DNA of 64,000 nt from Entomortierella parvispora E1425 (GCA_020891255.1 BQFW01000006.1:1798001-1862000), one strand, 5' to 3'. Counted from the stretch's first letter, positions 25,348-39,873 are shown. Made by a program: numbers and translations. The notes: generated by a model not told the origin, from the sequence alone.

Positions 25348-28300
25348 ATGGAGGACCATTCAGTCGTGGACACCGTGTTTCTACTCCAGCACCCTCTAGC
25401 AAATCCTAAAGATCCGCCTGTCGCCATCCCGACCCTTTCTCGCCAGAGGCAGAATGTTCTCCCTACTCCAAGCTCTCTCCCCTCTACGTTATCGCCACCC
25501 AGCTCGCCTATCTTCAGCTCATCCTCCTCAATACATCGTCACCGATCTAGCTTCTCCAACACCACCAGCGCGACCACAGTTTCTGGAAATGGACGAGGAA
25601 CAACCTCTCCTACTCTTGGTGTCTCTTCAGATGCCCTTCGCTCTCGACCAAGCGCTCCCCCTCTTTCTTTGGCGCGAGATCTAACAACTCGACTCTGGCA
25701 ACGAGAGGCAGAGTTGCAAACGATGAAGGATCTGTATGATGCAAAGATCCGTCGGTTGACTGAGATGCTCCAGGATGCCGGTGTTTCCCCAACAGAGGTC
25801 GAGAATAATCTCGCGGTGGTAGTAGAGGAAGAAACAACAACGACGGCAGCAGATGATCAACAAAGTCTGAACCAGCTTAAACAGCGGCAACAACAACAGC
25901 TCCTGGTCACAAGCGACGATGGCCTCGTGCGGACAGTTGTTGGCCCTGGACGTAGGACAGCTGCACAGGAAGGGCTCTTTGACGACTGTGACAGCACCTT
26001 CCTCCTTGACGACGAGGTAGAGGGGGAGGGAGAGCAACAGGGACAACAGGAAGTAGACGATGATGAGGACTCGGACGAGTACCTGTCGAGTTCAGGTACC
26101 CTCTCTCTTGTGTCGTCTAGTTGTACGACCCAGCTGACAAAATCCCGACCCCCGTCCAATACTGTTCTAAAGACAGACCAGCATCACCAATCGTTAGCCT
26201 CGCCTGCGTTGGTGGCCATGGGCAAGTACAAAGCAATGGTCGCGGGAGCAGGATCGAGCCCATCCTCCCGTCGAGGAACAGTAGGAGGAACGAGTGGGGT
26301 CGTGCGCCCTTTTTCGCCCACGTTGAGCGATATTTCCACAGCGTCACAGCTTCCTTTGCCCACAAGCCGATCTTCAGTATCTGCGTCATTTTTTGACGCT
26401 AAAGCACAGGACTCAGAGACCAAAACCCACACGGACCTAGCGGGACAAGGCCAGGGAAGCGCAAGCCAGCGATCTGCAAACGGAGGCCAAAGCCCGATCC
26501 CCTCCTTCATCGCCGAATCTTTTGCTGCTGGAACGCTTGGGATGAAGACACTGCGCGAGCGATGGGCAATGGCCTCGGGCGTTTTGTCATGGAACAGGCC
26601 GCGTCAAACTTCAGCAGACCAGCCATCGCTGACGCGCAGTGGAAGCAGCAGTATTGTCACCAGTCCCAGTGGACTCTTCATTCGCAGAGATGGAATCATC
26701 AATGATAAAAAGCCGGCTGTGGTGGAAACTAGTCCATCGCCACCGTTTTTGGACGATCTATCGAACTTGGATCAGGACAAAGAGGAGGCTGCCCAATGGA
26801 TAGCGGGGACTAATAGTGGCAACAGGAAGCTGTACTCAAAGAACCGCCCCTTGTCCGAGGTTGGCTTTACGGGCACACACAGGCACCCATCCAAGTATCA
26901 GTCTATGACCACATCGATGGCTCGCGACATTCCTCGACCACCCATCACCAGTATTCATGAGTATTTACAACAGCAACCAGAGTCATTCAACCCGTCTCCA
27001 TTGCACTACAGAGCCATCTCTATGGCAGCCAATTTGATCGACACTGGTGCTATCACCCCCGCCAAACTCTACGCTCGTAGGACACAGACCATGATTGCGA
27101 AATGGACGATAGGCTTGATAATGAACAGCAAGCAGGCACGATCCTCTGCCACCGCCTTTCCTATTGTTCAGGAGTCATTCTCTTCGGGACAGGAGGAAAG
27201 CATAGGTCGACCATCTTGCGATAAAGACGAGGATGGTATGGAAGGCTCTCGACGATCCTCTGTAGGCATGAATACGGCTTCAAACAATGGATCCCTCAGT
27301 CCAACAGAGTTGCCTCGGGCACTCTCATACAGGAGTCATGCGACAGCGCCGAATCTGATCAGCTCGTCCTACCCACATTCCTCGTCGCAATACTCCTTTC
27401 ATCCGAACCACCATCCCAGCCATTTACATACCTCTCAGAGTGTGGTTGAACTCTCCGATATCAGTTCCCCCCCTTTATCCATGTCACCAACATTGTCGTA
27501 CTTGGGATCAGAGTCCAGCAGCATCAAGCCGTTGACTGATCGCTATGGATTTCTAGTGAATGCCCGTCCCATGGCAGTACAACAGGGATTACTGAAGTTG
27601 AACGAGGACCTGGATTCACCCCAAATTGGCCGCGGGGGACGAGGAGGATATCATAGCAAGCAAAGCAGTGGTGCGGGCTTTGAATTTTTGAAGACACCTG
27701 CAGAGGAAGAGCCACAGTCCAGACCTGTGTCGCCGCCCCCTTTTTTCTCGTCGTTTTCGTTTGGTCAGATTGCTCAGCACGGAGGCGTGGCCACATCGGC
27801 GATCAGCAATATCTCTTCGGGATTGTCAGGGAATATTGGTGATATCCAAAGCCCCGTTGGCAATGACAGCAACAAACCTGTTGGCAGCCACAGCAGTCGC
27901 CATACTGGGAGCATGACAGCATCCAACTCCAGCTCAGGGATCACCACTAGTTTCACGTCTCCTATTCTGTCAACTACAACGCGACCCATGTCCACGCTTT
28001 CGCCCCCTCCCAACTCTTCGTCGGCCGCTGTTACAACTCTGCTGTCTCAGATCAAAGTTCTCCACGACTCTGTGCAGATGACCCAGAAGGAGAAATGGGA
28101 TGCCTTCCTAAAAAAGAGGAAAAGGCGAGTTCATCTGGGCGAGACAACGGGTGGGACTCTTGGAAATATGTCAGGAACAAATCTGGGAGGACCGCTACTC
28201 TTTGGAAATCTCATGATGTCAGCCTCGTCTACACAAGATGAACAGGACTATCTACAACAAAAACAAGAAGACGAGGATGTCATGTATTGGACCAGTGTTT

Positions 28301-28570
28301 GTATCATTGGAATTGCTACCATTGGCAAAGGATCGGACTGGGAAGAGTTTCGGGAATTGACGAGAGGAGGGATCCCTGTCATGTATCGAAACAAGATCTG
28401 GCAGGAGGCTTCTGGAGCTTTTGATTTGAGGCAACCAGGATACTACAAAGATTTACTGTCGAGACAGAATCCGGAAAGTTGTCCATGCTGGGGCGATATT
28501 GAAATGGTAATGATAACGGATGGCTGATAGCAAGGCACATGTTGATATCGACTAGGCGATCTAATTCTTT

Positions 28571-28604
<34 letters not shown>

Positions 28605-29544
28605 TGTTGGGCTTGAAGGATTTGCACCGCACGTTTCCGACAAACATTTTGTTTGGTCCTGGAGGACAAGGCATCGATAAGCTGAAGAACATCTTGATAG
28701 CCTACAGTCTGTACGAACAGAGAGACTTTCATTGTTGCGAATGGCCTCAATTGAACTGTGGACTAATTGTTTCTCTTTAACCAACATTAGTCACAACCCC
28801 ACTGTGGGCTACTGTCAAGGAATGAATCTCCTCGCAGGAACCCTTTTACTCACCAATAACTCTGAAGAAGAGTCGTTCTGGATCCTGACATCGATGCTTG
28901 GTCGTCATCTTCCTGAGGACTACTTCACACAGCAGCTTCTCTCACCACAGGCCGACCAACGCGTCCTTAAAGAGCTCGTTCAAGAGATCATGCCCCGATT
29001 AAGTGCCCACTTTCAAGAGATGCATGTCGATCTTACGGCGGTCACCTTTAGTTGGTTCCTCACCTTGTTCACGGACTGTCTTCCTGTCGAAACCCTTCTG
29101 CGGGTCTGGGACGTATTTTTTGTCGAGGGTAGCATGCTCGTCGTGTTCAAGGTAGCCTTGGCAATCCTGTGGATGAACGAGAAGGAGATTATGAAGTGTC
29201 GCAATGGGGCCGCGGTGTATTGTTTTATGAAGCAAATGACGCTCAGCATGTACCAGGCCGACAAACTGCTCAAGGTCGCGTTTGTGACCCTGAAATCCTA
29301 TATCAATCCGGAAAAGATCGAGGCGAAACGGATACGACAGCAACAGATTGTGCGACAGGAGCTGATTCAGGAGCAACAATATATGAGGACAAAGACATTT
29401 ACTTGCACCACTCCGCCTCCCCCCTCTCTCCCCTCTCCCTCCACAGCGTCAAAACGATTGAGTCCCACTTCTGTCATGACAAAAATCGAGACTATAGTTG
29501 GTGGACAGCCTTCGTCCACCTCATCCATGGATTCTACAATATGA
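25348..29544 (+). CDS. TBC-domain Rab GTPase-activating protein with a long disordered N-terminus (3 exons)
   Basis: TDRYGF motif; RGGIPVMYRNKIWQ; IEM|DLHRTFP (IxxDxxR arginine finger); YCQGMN (glutamine finger); EEESFWIL; FSWFLTLF; LLRVWDVFF. Confidence 0.93.
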
Positions 29545-29848
29545 ACAACAACAAAAGCATGTACCCTATTAAATGCTCTGTACATCACACTTCAATCTTG
29601 TTTTCTCGGTTGTCTTGTATAACGATCTAGTCGTATTTTATTGTTACTATACAACAGCCCAAAGGGCTGCAAAGTTGATGCGAATGATATGCAAGTGTGT
29701 GTCTTGCGGTGGATGGAAGAATGGGATGAAGTGTATGCTGTTTGAATGACGGTGAAGTAGACTTTGAGAAAATCGCGTCGGGCACAGCCCATCCTCGCGA
29801 TCCCCCAAAGCTACAAAGGACTAATTACAGGTATGGCTTGTTTTGTCA

Positions 29849-30781
29849 TTAGACAAAGGACCACTCGAGGTCGAGGACTCCCTTGGACATGGGGGCAAAG
29901 ACCTGGAAGGCCTTGCGGGAGAGATCAAGCATTCCATGGCTGCAGTAGCGGTGAGGGCAGGTATCGACAATACGGACAATGACGCTCTTGCCGGGGTAAC
30001 CCTTGGCAGTGACACGAAGCTTCTGGCCGCACTTGGAACCCTTGCCCCACATGGGACCCATCTGAGCCTGGTTCAAGGCAACGATCATATCGTCCTGGGA
30101 GAAACGCTCACCGCAGGATCCGGTGGTATCACTGAACCAGGTACCACGACCGTGGAAGGTCTGGCTGGTATGGTTCTCCTCCTTAGCTGGGGGGTTGGCA
30201 GTAGGCTTGGTAGCGGGCTTGGTGGGCTTGGGAGCGACAGTGGTAGTGGTGGTCTTGGGGGGGACGGTAGTAGTGGCAGTCTTGGGGACCTTGGTAGCAG
30301 TAGGCTTAACAGCAGTAGTCTTGACTGCGGCAGGTTTAGTGGGGAGAACCTCAGGAAGTTCATCCAACAACTGCCAGTCGATGGGGGCAAGACCGTGCTC
30401 AGAAAACTGCTTCATGGCAACTTCTGAGAAGTCGAGAGAGGTGTCGTTGCAAGTGGGGCAGACATCGACAATTCTGTAGATGAAGCTCTCGGAAGGGTCG
30501 TCTTGACGAGTCACGTTGACAAATTTGCCGCAGACCGAGGTGTTGTTACTGACATCGCCAAACAAGGCAGCACTGACAGCAGCAACGGGCTCCTCAAAGG
30601 TGTACTGGATGCCGGGGCATCCGTTGCGGTGGTCGTCAAAGAAAGTGGCATTGCCAGAGTAGGTGGTGTTCAATTGGGCGACAGGAGAGGTAATCTCAAC
30701 AGGAGAAACAGGCGAGGGGAGAGGGGAAGCAATGGCGCCCAAGAGCGAGGCGACAATGACGAGAGAACTGATAGGAGCCAT
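29849..30781 (-). CDS. Secreted RlpA-like/expansin-like protein with two double-psi beta-barrel (DPBB) domains
   Basis: Signal peptide; domain 1 GNATFF..CG..IVDVCPTC..LDFS; Thr/Pro/Lys linker; domain 2 GRGTWF..GSCG..CG..IVDTCP..C..LDLS..EWSF. Confidence 0.9.
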   Translation of the reverse strand: MAPISSLVIVASLLGAIASPLPSPVSPVEITSPVAQLNTTYSGNATFFDDHRNGCPGIQYTFEEPVAAVSAALFGDVSNNTSVCGKFVNVTRQDDPSESFIYRIVDVCPTCNDTSLDFSEVAMKQFSEHGLAPIDWQLLDELPEVLPTKPAAVKTTAVKPTATKVPKTATTTVPPKTTTTTVAPKPTKPATKPTANPPAKEENHTSQTFHGRGTWFSDTTGSCGERFSQDDMIVALNQAQMGPMWGKGSKCGQKLRVTAKGYPGKSVIVRIVDTCPHRYCSHGMLDLSRKAFQVFAPMSKGVLDLEWSFV

Positions 30782-30872
30782 GATGAATGTATGGGTGAGA
30801 GTAAGAGAGGGTATGAAAGACGAGGGTGAAGAACAAACAAAAAAATGGCCAAAGAGCGGTTGGACATGACCC

Positions 30873-30879
30873 TTTTATA
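30873..30879 (-). promoter_or_regulatory. Candidate TATA box (TATAAAA) for the DPBB gene
   Basis: ttttata on +, ~92 nt upstream of the ATG at 30781. Confidence 0.6.
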
Positions 30880-32386
30880 AGAACGACATTACCACTCAAA
30901 CAGAGCTCATTGTTCATTCCGGGCGATGGCAAGTGCCCCTGCTCCCGGTTTGGTCAGGGGGCGAAGCCCCATCACCAAGACCCCAGGTCGGCGTAGGCCA
31001 TCCCCGCCCAGGGCCCGCCCAGGGCTCGCTTAGAAACAGACGGGCAGGGACAGTTGACCAAAAGCGGAGGGCAACTTTCGTTGTTCCAAATCAACGTGCG
31101 GATTCAGATCAATTTATGAACCCAAAGTTGAATCGGCAGATCCGTTCTTATTACCCGGGTTGACCATTTTCCTCGCTGCAATTGTATTTTCCCCGCCTGT
31201 CGTCGACTTGGCCTGGGTGACCCTCATCTACTTTTCAGTCCATGTCGCGTTTGAAATGACAGCATCGAGTCAGTTCATTATCTATTTTACTCTGGAGACG
31301 AGGGGTGTTGATATTCACGGTACACAGGAAGCGTAAGCAAGAGTAAGATAAAGAAAGGACATGATCACCATCGGTCTTGCGGAGGCCAAAGTGTCGTGCC
31401 TGGTTCCTGAGAGAGAGAGAGAGACAGACTTCCAGTCATCCAAACGGCGATTTTTTTAGCGCGCTTGAGTGTCCGCGGCGGAGATCCTGTCACGGAAACC
31501 TCTCGCACGAGATTGTACGGGGTGAAACATTGGACCTGATTTTTCTTGAATCCTGGTGGCTGAGAGGCAGGAATGGGCATTTTGTGTTGGACTCTTGTGA
31601 AGAAATGAAAGGAAAATGGAATGGCGGGAAGGACCAGAAAAATAGAAGGCCGTGGAACCCTTTGGTTTTTTTTCCTTTTTTTTTGTATGTTTATGATTTC
31701 CTGGCTCTTGCTCCGGGTGCATGAGAAGGTTAATGCACCCGACCGCACGGTTCTGCTTAGCGGAGCAAGTTTGCCGCCAGGGCTGGCCATGCCCTCATCT
31801 ACAAGTCAGAGAGGGAGCGGACGCGAGGGTCTTTTTTGTTCTCTCCTATCTCCGCACTCAATGTCTCTCGTGGAAATAGATATCGAGGGACAAATCTGTG
31901 GATACAGAGTATTTTGCCACCTTGTTAGTCAAGTTGCACAGCTCGGGACCCAGGGTGAGTCGGAGGGATGAACCCAAAATGCCACTCTGTCCCGGGGATG
32001 TGCATTGGCGACACGCCAACAAAAATGGTCAGGGGCCTAAAACAACAAGTCTTTGGACAGGGCGCCGTGACTCTTTCCTATTTCCTAGACAGCTGCAGCT
32101 CTGTTGCACGAGTTGACGCAATTCAAGAAGCGGGTACAAGAGTTTGGTGGCCCACATCCATGGCCAATCCTTGACAAAGAGAGTGCTATCGAGGGTTCTT
32201 TGTATCTTGATGATGCTGGCGCCTGAGCGAAAGGCCAAGTGCCTGTGCTTCAGCACGTGCCCACCATCAGAAATGGATCTTTTACTTTGTGCCTTCCCTT
32301 GTTTCAACAATCCACACGCTCATTCCTTCTTTTTTCATTTCATCATTCTCCTTTTTTTCATTCATTCCACTTGTCCTTTTGATGTC

Positions 32387-33267
32387 ATGGGCTCAGCCAT
32401 CAGTACCATCTCAGAGTCTGCGACGACTACACAGGAACGCGAACGCTATCGAGAGGTCAGGACGTGTACCCACGCCAAACTTGGCCGCTCTGAAAAGAAC
32501 TCACGTACTGAATGCTTTTTTACATGCTCTACGGACATAGCTTGCCAGAAAGAATGCCGCTCTCAGATATGAGTTCAGTCAGCAGTCGCAGGCAGCTTAT
32601 CAGGCTGGGAACGGAGCCAAGGCGAAGGGTGAGTGATTCTCTTTGAGCACCAAGCTCACACGACGAAATACAGCTGTGTTGTGTTTGATTGATAATAACG
32701 TATTGTCGCACGGGAATACAAAAAATGTAGAACTGTCGCTGAAGGCCAAGGAATACGGGCGGGAAATGGACCGATACAACGACCTTGCCAAGAATATAGC
32801 CTTCAACGGTACCACACTGGCTGAAAGCACCTTTGAATGTCAAAGAGGTCATGTCACAAAGAGAGAAGACTAGGCACACCGTGCTGTACTGATCAACGGA
32901 TGCTCTTCATCCAAAAATAGCCAACAATGCCTCTAGGCCTCCGAATGAGCTGGATTTGCATGGTTTGAAGGTCACAGAAGCATTGGACATCACGAGGGAT
33001 CGACTGAGGCAATTTGTCAGGAATAACGAAAAAGACTTGATCATCATCGTGGGCAAGGGAAACAACTCTGCAAACGGGATTGCAAAAATCAAGCCCGCTG
33101 TGACCCAACTTGTCAACGAGTTCCAGATCAAGGCCACGCCCAACAAGCCGAACGAGGGTTGTATCTATGTCGAGCCTCGTCCTCCAACAGAGCAGGCAGA
33201 TCTCTCGTGGTTGGATGGGTTCTTTGGTCGGGTGCTTCGAAAGCTCTTTCGGTTTTTGCGGTCATAA
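32387..33267 (+). CDS. DUF1771 + Smr-domain protein (4 exons)
   Basis: Spliced: MGSAISTISESATTTQERERYRE|LARKNAALRYEFSQQSQAAYQAGNGAKAK|ELSLKAKEYGREMDRYNDLAKNIAFN|ANNASRPPNELDLHGLKVTEA..IIVGKGNNS..IKPAV..NEGCIYV. Confidence 0.88.
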
Positions 33268-33516
33268 CTCGCCGGTTTGGTTCTTCGATCAAAAAAAGGC
33301 ATACGTCTTCTGGAGAAGGTTGTCGAAGAACTTGCTGACACACGTGATCTCTTGGCGCCAATCCAATGCCTTGGTCGGCGAAGCTCTTGTGCTGCCCTTT
33401 TTTCTTTGTTCTTGTCCGCCTCACATTCTTCATTCCTCAACAAGTTTCCACATCTATTCCTAAGACGACAGCTGCCCTGACCCGTAGCATCTATTCACAG
33501 ACGGAATAAAATACAC

Positions 33517-35252
33517 ATGGCATCTACCACTTCTGGACTGGCCCATTCCGTCCCACCGTTGAAAACGGGGGCCAAAAACTGCGCTCGGTGCGGCAAGGAC
33601 TTTCATCTCTTCAGGCAAAGGAAGAACTGCCGCAATTGTGGTATGCAATCTCAGGAGTACATCGGGACAACGAACAAAGGGAGAGATGTCAATGGAACAG
33701 GACCTGGCTCTACGCATTGAGGAATGCATGCATTCATTCATTCAGTTGGAACAACAGCCCAACTCACGTCATACGTTCTCTACTGTGTTTAGGATGTGTG
33801 GTCTGCGAGAGTTGTAGTAACTATCGAGCAAGGCTGCCTCAGTTCGGCTATGTCGAGTAAGAACACAGAGCTGGGTCCCTTGCTTGAGGAACGAGGACTG
33901 ATCGATGACTGGATTTTAATATTTCGCTCTCTTTTTGCTTTAGTGAGGTTCGATGTTGTGCATATTGTGCTCATTTTCTCGTGGGTAAGAGTCCGTACTT
34001 CCTGCAATGGCGCTATGTCAGGGCAGTTGCTAATCGTCATTTCTGATTTCTCCATACAGTTCACAAGATGGATTACGCAGGACTATCAAAACTAAATATC
34101 AAGACTCTGCGAGGATATCTTCTTTCTTACAACATCCCGACCCAGGGCATGCTGGAGAAGCAAGGTAAGATTGATGGATCGGAGGCAGCGGTGGTAGTTC
34201 AAGGCGGCGTCCAAGTATTCTTATTCCATTTGTTCAACCTCATGTATTTAGATCTGATCCAGGCTATCCAGAGTTATAAACCTATACCCGAAGCCTCTGA
34301 GGTTTATTTCCGACAGCATATACCAGACAGCCCTGAAAAGACGACTTCTCTCTTTGGAGAGCTGACTAACTTGGGACGATCGGACTCTCCCTCGGGATCA
34401 TCTCAGAATTCGTCTTCATCGTCCACAGGAGCAGGTTCAGATTGGTCCTGGGACCTTGACAAATTCTTTTCAAAGCTCTTTGGAGGAGAAGAGTCTCCAC
34501 AACAACAAAGGGCGCAACCCCAGACCAACACTCGATCAAACCAACAGCCTCGGCAGCAACAAACCCCCAGTGGACCATCATACAGACCTCAAGCGTCCCC
34601 ACAGCGTCCTATGTATGCCCCTCCGAATACTGCACCGCCACCGACGAACGGCTATCATCCAGCACCAGCAGGTGCCTCCTATCGACCTCCTGCGCACCAT
34701 GCCCCCCCTTCTACATCAACAAACACCTCTACTGCACATGGGCAGCATTATCACCGTGCCCCCAATTCCACTTCAGCATCGACCCCACCACCTAGACAGG
34801 CAGCCACATCAGCCCAACCACCAAGACCACCAATACCCACCCCCTCACCACCAAAGATAACACTTGATCAGATCATGTCCATTAATGCCGAGCCGTCTAC
34901 GTTGTCGATCAAGACCATCAAAGCTCTCTTGGATGACAGCTGCGTGTCATATGTTGGCGTCGTGGAAAAAAAAGATTTGGTCGATCGGCTCCAAAAGCTG
35001 ATTGATAACACAAAGGCAGAGAGGGACATGGTCGAGACAGAATCCAAAAAATCTACACCCTCTGCGAGCGCGAGCAACGACGACGACAATCTCTGCAAGA
35101 TTTGCTGCGACGCTTCCCTGAACTGCGTTATGTTGAACTGTAACCACATGTCGACTTGCATGGACTGCGGCAAGCTAATTCTGGAAGGATCAAGGATGTG
35201 CCCCATCTGTCGCGAGTATGTGGTGCGGTTACTCCATGTCTTTCGAGCATAG
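33517..35252 (+). CDS. RNF34/RFFL (CARP)-like FYVE-SAP-like-RING E3 ubiquitin ligase (5 exons)
   Basis: FYVE CARCGKDFHLFRQRKNCRNCG|CVVCESC..|EVRCCAYC; two helical repeats (LSKLNIKTLRGYLLSYNIP..EKQ|DLIQAI and LSIKTIKALL..EKKDLVDRL); RING CKICCDASLNCVMLNCNHMSTCMDC..CPICREYVVRLLHVFRA. Confidence 0.85.
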
Positions 35253-35425
35253 TTCAATAAAGACATCCACCCAAAAAAAAAAAAAAAAAAAAAAGGGCGC
35301 GCTTGCAAACGCGTTGCAGTAGTCACCAAAAACAAGCGCACGTGATTCAGTTTCGAGATGCACTCCTCGCCTCTTTCTGTCCCTGCCTTTGTTTCCTTTC
35401 CTACACAATCACCACCACCCACACA

Positions 35426-37440
<2,015 letters not shown>

Positions 37441-37931
37441 TGGAGAACGGCCCGTCAACTCAGAAAGAACCATCAAAACAAAACACCGGATTAAAATAAA
37501 TGGTCGGCTGAACGAATGGTCGCTATTCTCTTTGTCGATTCTGATAATAAGACGATTGCAACGGCAGATGCAAACTGTGTGTGCCAGCGATAGCATGTGT
37601 GGAAGAATTGGTCCCGCCGTGCCCACTGTGTGCAAGCGGAGAGTGAAGGAAGTGAAGGACGATGCATTGATAGCCGCCAATCCCCTGAGCTAGCCATTTT
37701 CACAGTGCTATCGGTGTGGGTGTCATGACTGATATCCAAAGGAAATTGTATGAAGTGCCTTGTTGCTCAGTTCCCGAAGAGTTCAATGATGGGCAGGCTA
37801 CAAGAGCAATCATCGTTGGTTTTGTCAACAAAAATATGGTACAGTTTATTATTGAGAAGATAAATCTGAAGGAGGCGAGATCAGCTTTTCTTCAAAATGA
37901 ATTTTGATTTCCTGAGTGAGTCTGGATCTCT

Positions 37932-38267
37932 CTAGTCGTAGACGTGAATGATTCCGTAGAGCAGAGTCCAGAACAGGATATAACTGAGCATGCCGCCGAG
38001 GACGCCCTCCGTGAAGACATCGAGTGGTTGGCGAAAGTAAGGGCTTGGGTTTCCCTTGGCCTTGACGAGGAAGATCAGGAGGGAGAGGAAAGCGGATCCG
38101 AGAAAGTAAAAGATGAATCCCGACCAGTTGGTAAGACCAAGGGTTCCAGCAGCAAGGCCGAGGATGGCAGAGTAAGATGATCGGATGAAGGTCATTGTCT
38201 GGGAGTTCTTTGCAATGTACATGTCGACGTACAGGGCGTCATCTGGGTTGATTTGTTGGCCAGACAT
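37932..38267 (-). CDS. EMC6: ER membrane protein complex subunit 6
   Basis: 111 aa, intronless; AILGLAAGTLGLTNWSGFIFY and SYILFWTLLYGIIHVYD C-terminus typical of EMC6. Confidence 0.93.
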   Translation of the reverse strand: MSGQQINPDDALYVDMYIAKNSQTMTFIRSSYSAILGLAAGTLGLTNWSGFIFYFLGSAFLSLLIFLVKAKGNPSPYFRQPLDVFTEGVLGGMLSYILFWTLLYGIIHVYD

Positions 38268-38940
38268 GATGAAGTCTTATTGAAAGGCGATCCTGGGATG
38301 AAGATGACAATGTCAAAAGAAAGAGAGGCGCAAGTAGACTGGATGGGATTGTCTGGATACGTAGAGTTCTGTCTGGCGACCTTGAGGCTTGCTTGGGGGA
38401 AAGGGACAAGATGAAGGAGCCGTCCATGGATGAAGGCGCGAAAAATGGTCTTCTAACTGCACGTGATCCAGATTTGGTGGCGTCGACGCGCCAGGTGCTG
38501 GAGGGTCATTTTCAAATTCTTTCTTTGTCCTTTTGCCCATATCTTGTTCAAAGGCCCAACTCATAACAACCGCTCCAAGTCATTGCAGATAATCGCATTT
38601 GCAGGACTCCAACATAAGACAAATGGTAGCTCCGGGTGACCTCAAGATTCCACATTAACAACAACGGACATTTCATGTCAAGAAAAACAGGAAGGGTGAA
38701 AGAAACAGCGGCCCACATAGTGCACGAAAGCCATGGCATTCATCGATTCCCCACAGCAGATGCCATCCATGTGAGCAACCAGGATATGTTGAGACTCTTC
38801 GCGTTCGTTAGATTGTTATGGTCCCCTGCTTCCTTTTTTTGGACTTGGTTGCAAGAGTTAAGCATGTTACACGAAAGCTGAAAGGCGCCATGAACCTGAG
38901 AATAAAAAAACAAATTACCCAGCTCGACGGAAGGGCGCAT

Positions 38941-39386
38941 TGTTTTTTCTTGACTGCACTACAAGGAGTCTTCCCGAGAGTTTGCGGCAATTCATCTGAT
39001 CAAAAAGAACTTTTGTACTCTTCCCCAAAGGGAAAAAGAATTCTCTTCAGAAAGGAAGTTTATTTTCAGCCTCGATCTCGTCCTGCTCACAAAGTAGCGC
39101 CTCATGGTTGCCCTGCCACCGGATCGAGCGGCGAAAGCTTCTCGATATTCACCGTGCCTATAGTCCTGTTTGGTGAAGTATACGCTGCCTTTTGTGGGAT
39201 CTACGAGATCTTTGCCAAAAAGTGCTCGACAAGATGAAAGAGGTGGGTAATTGCCGGTATAGTCTGCCCTACCATTCTGTAAAGTATCCTACAATCACTC
39301 TGTTCTATTCTCTCTTCCACTCTTTCTTTCTCTCTCGTTCCTTGTGTCTCTCGCTCTCTTTTCAGGCAATCCTGGAAGTCAAGTAG
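38941..39386 (+). pseudogene. Frameshifted relic of the 3' end of a MARCH/RINGv paralog
   Basis: GESFSIFTVPIVLFGEVYAAFCGIY, then frameshift, then DLCQKVLDKMKE|gt..ag|AILEVK*. Parallels GEACAIVCIVLLILAGTVAAFVGIYLVIEDLTTKALANMKN|SILEVK* of the gene at 39874, with the same terminal intron position. Best supported over 39121-39386. Confidence 0.7.
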
Positions 39387-39873
39387 CAGTAATACAATGG
39401 TCTACGAGTAGCCCAATAAACTGCAGCCGAATACAATTTTTGATTTTTCGGTCATCCGCCCTTTCGGGACTGCGTTCAGAGAGCAAACTCAAAATTGTCG
39501 ACTTCGCCCTCGACCATCGAGCTCATGCATGCGCTCAAGAGTCATCGAATGCACACCTTCCATTCAAAACCACAGCACAATCCTTCTATTTTCTCTTCCA
39601 TTCCTACGTACAGATAGCAGAGACAGAGAAAAGATACAGCAATAGAAGAGGAAGAAGTACTTCTCGTTTTTTTTCTCTCTTCAATCTCCCAGAAACGTAA
39701 GGGTTTAGTTCATTTCCTGAAAGATGTTTCCAAAGAGAAGAGGAAGAGAAAAGGGAGAAAGAGGAGAGGAGAGGTGGACTGGGGTAGATACCTTTGACCA
39801 CTTGGAACCTCCTGGATGTTCAATGTTGTTTCCATCGGTTTATCTCACTGAGAAAATACTCCTCCAATAATAG

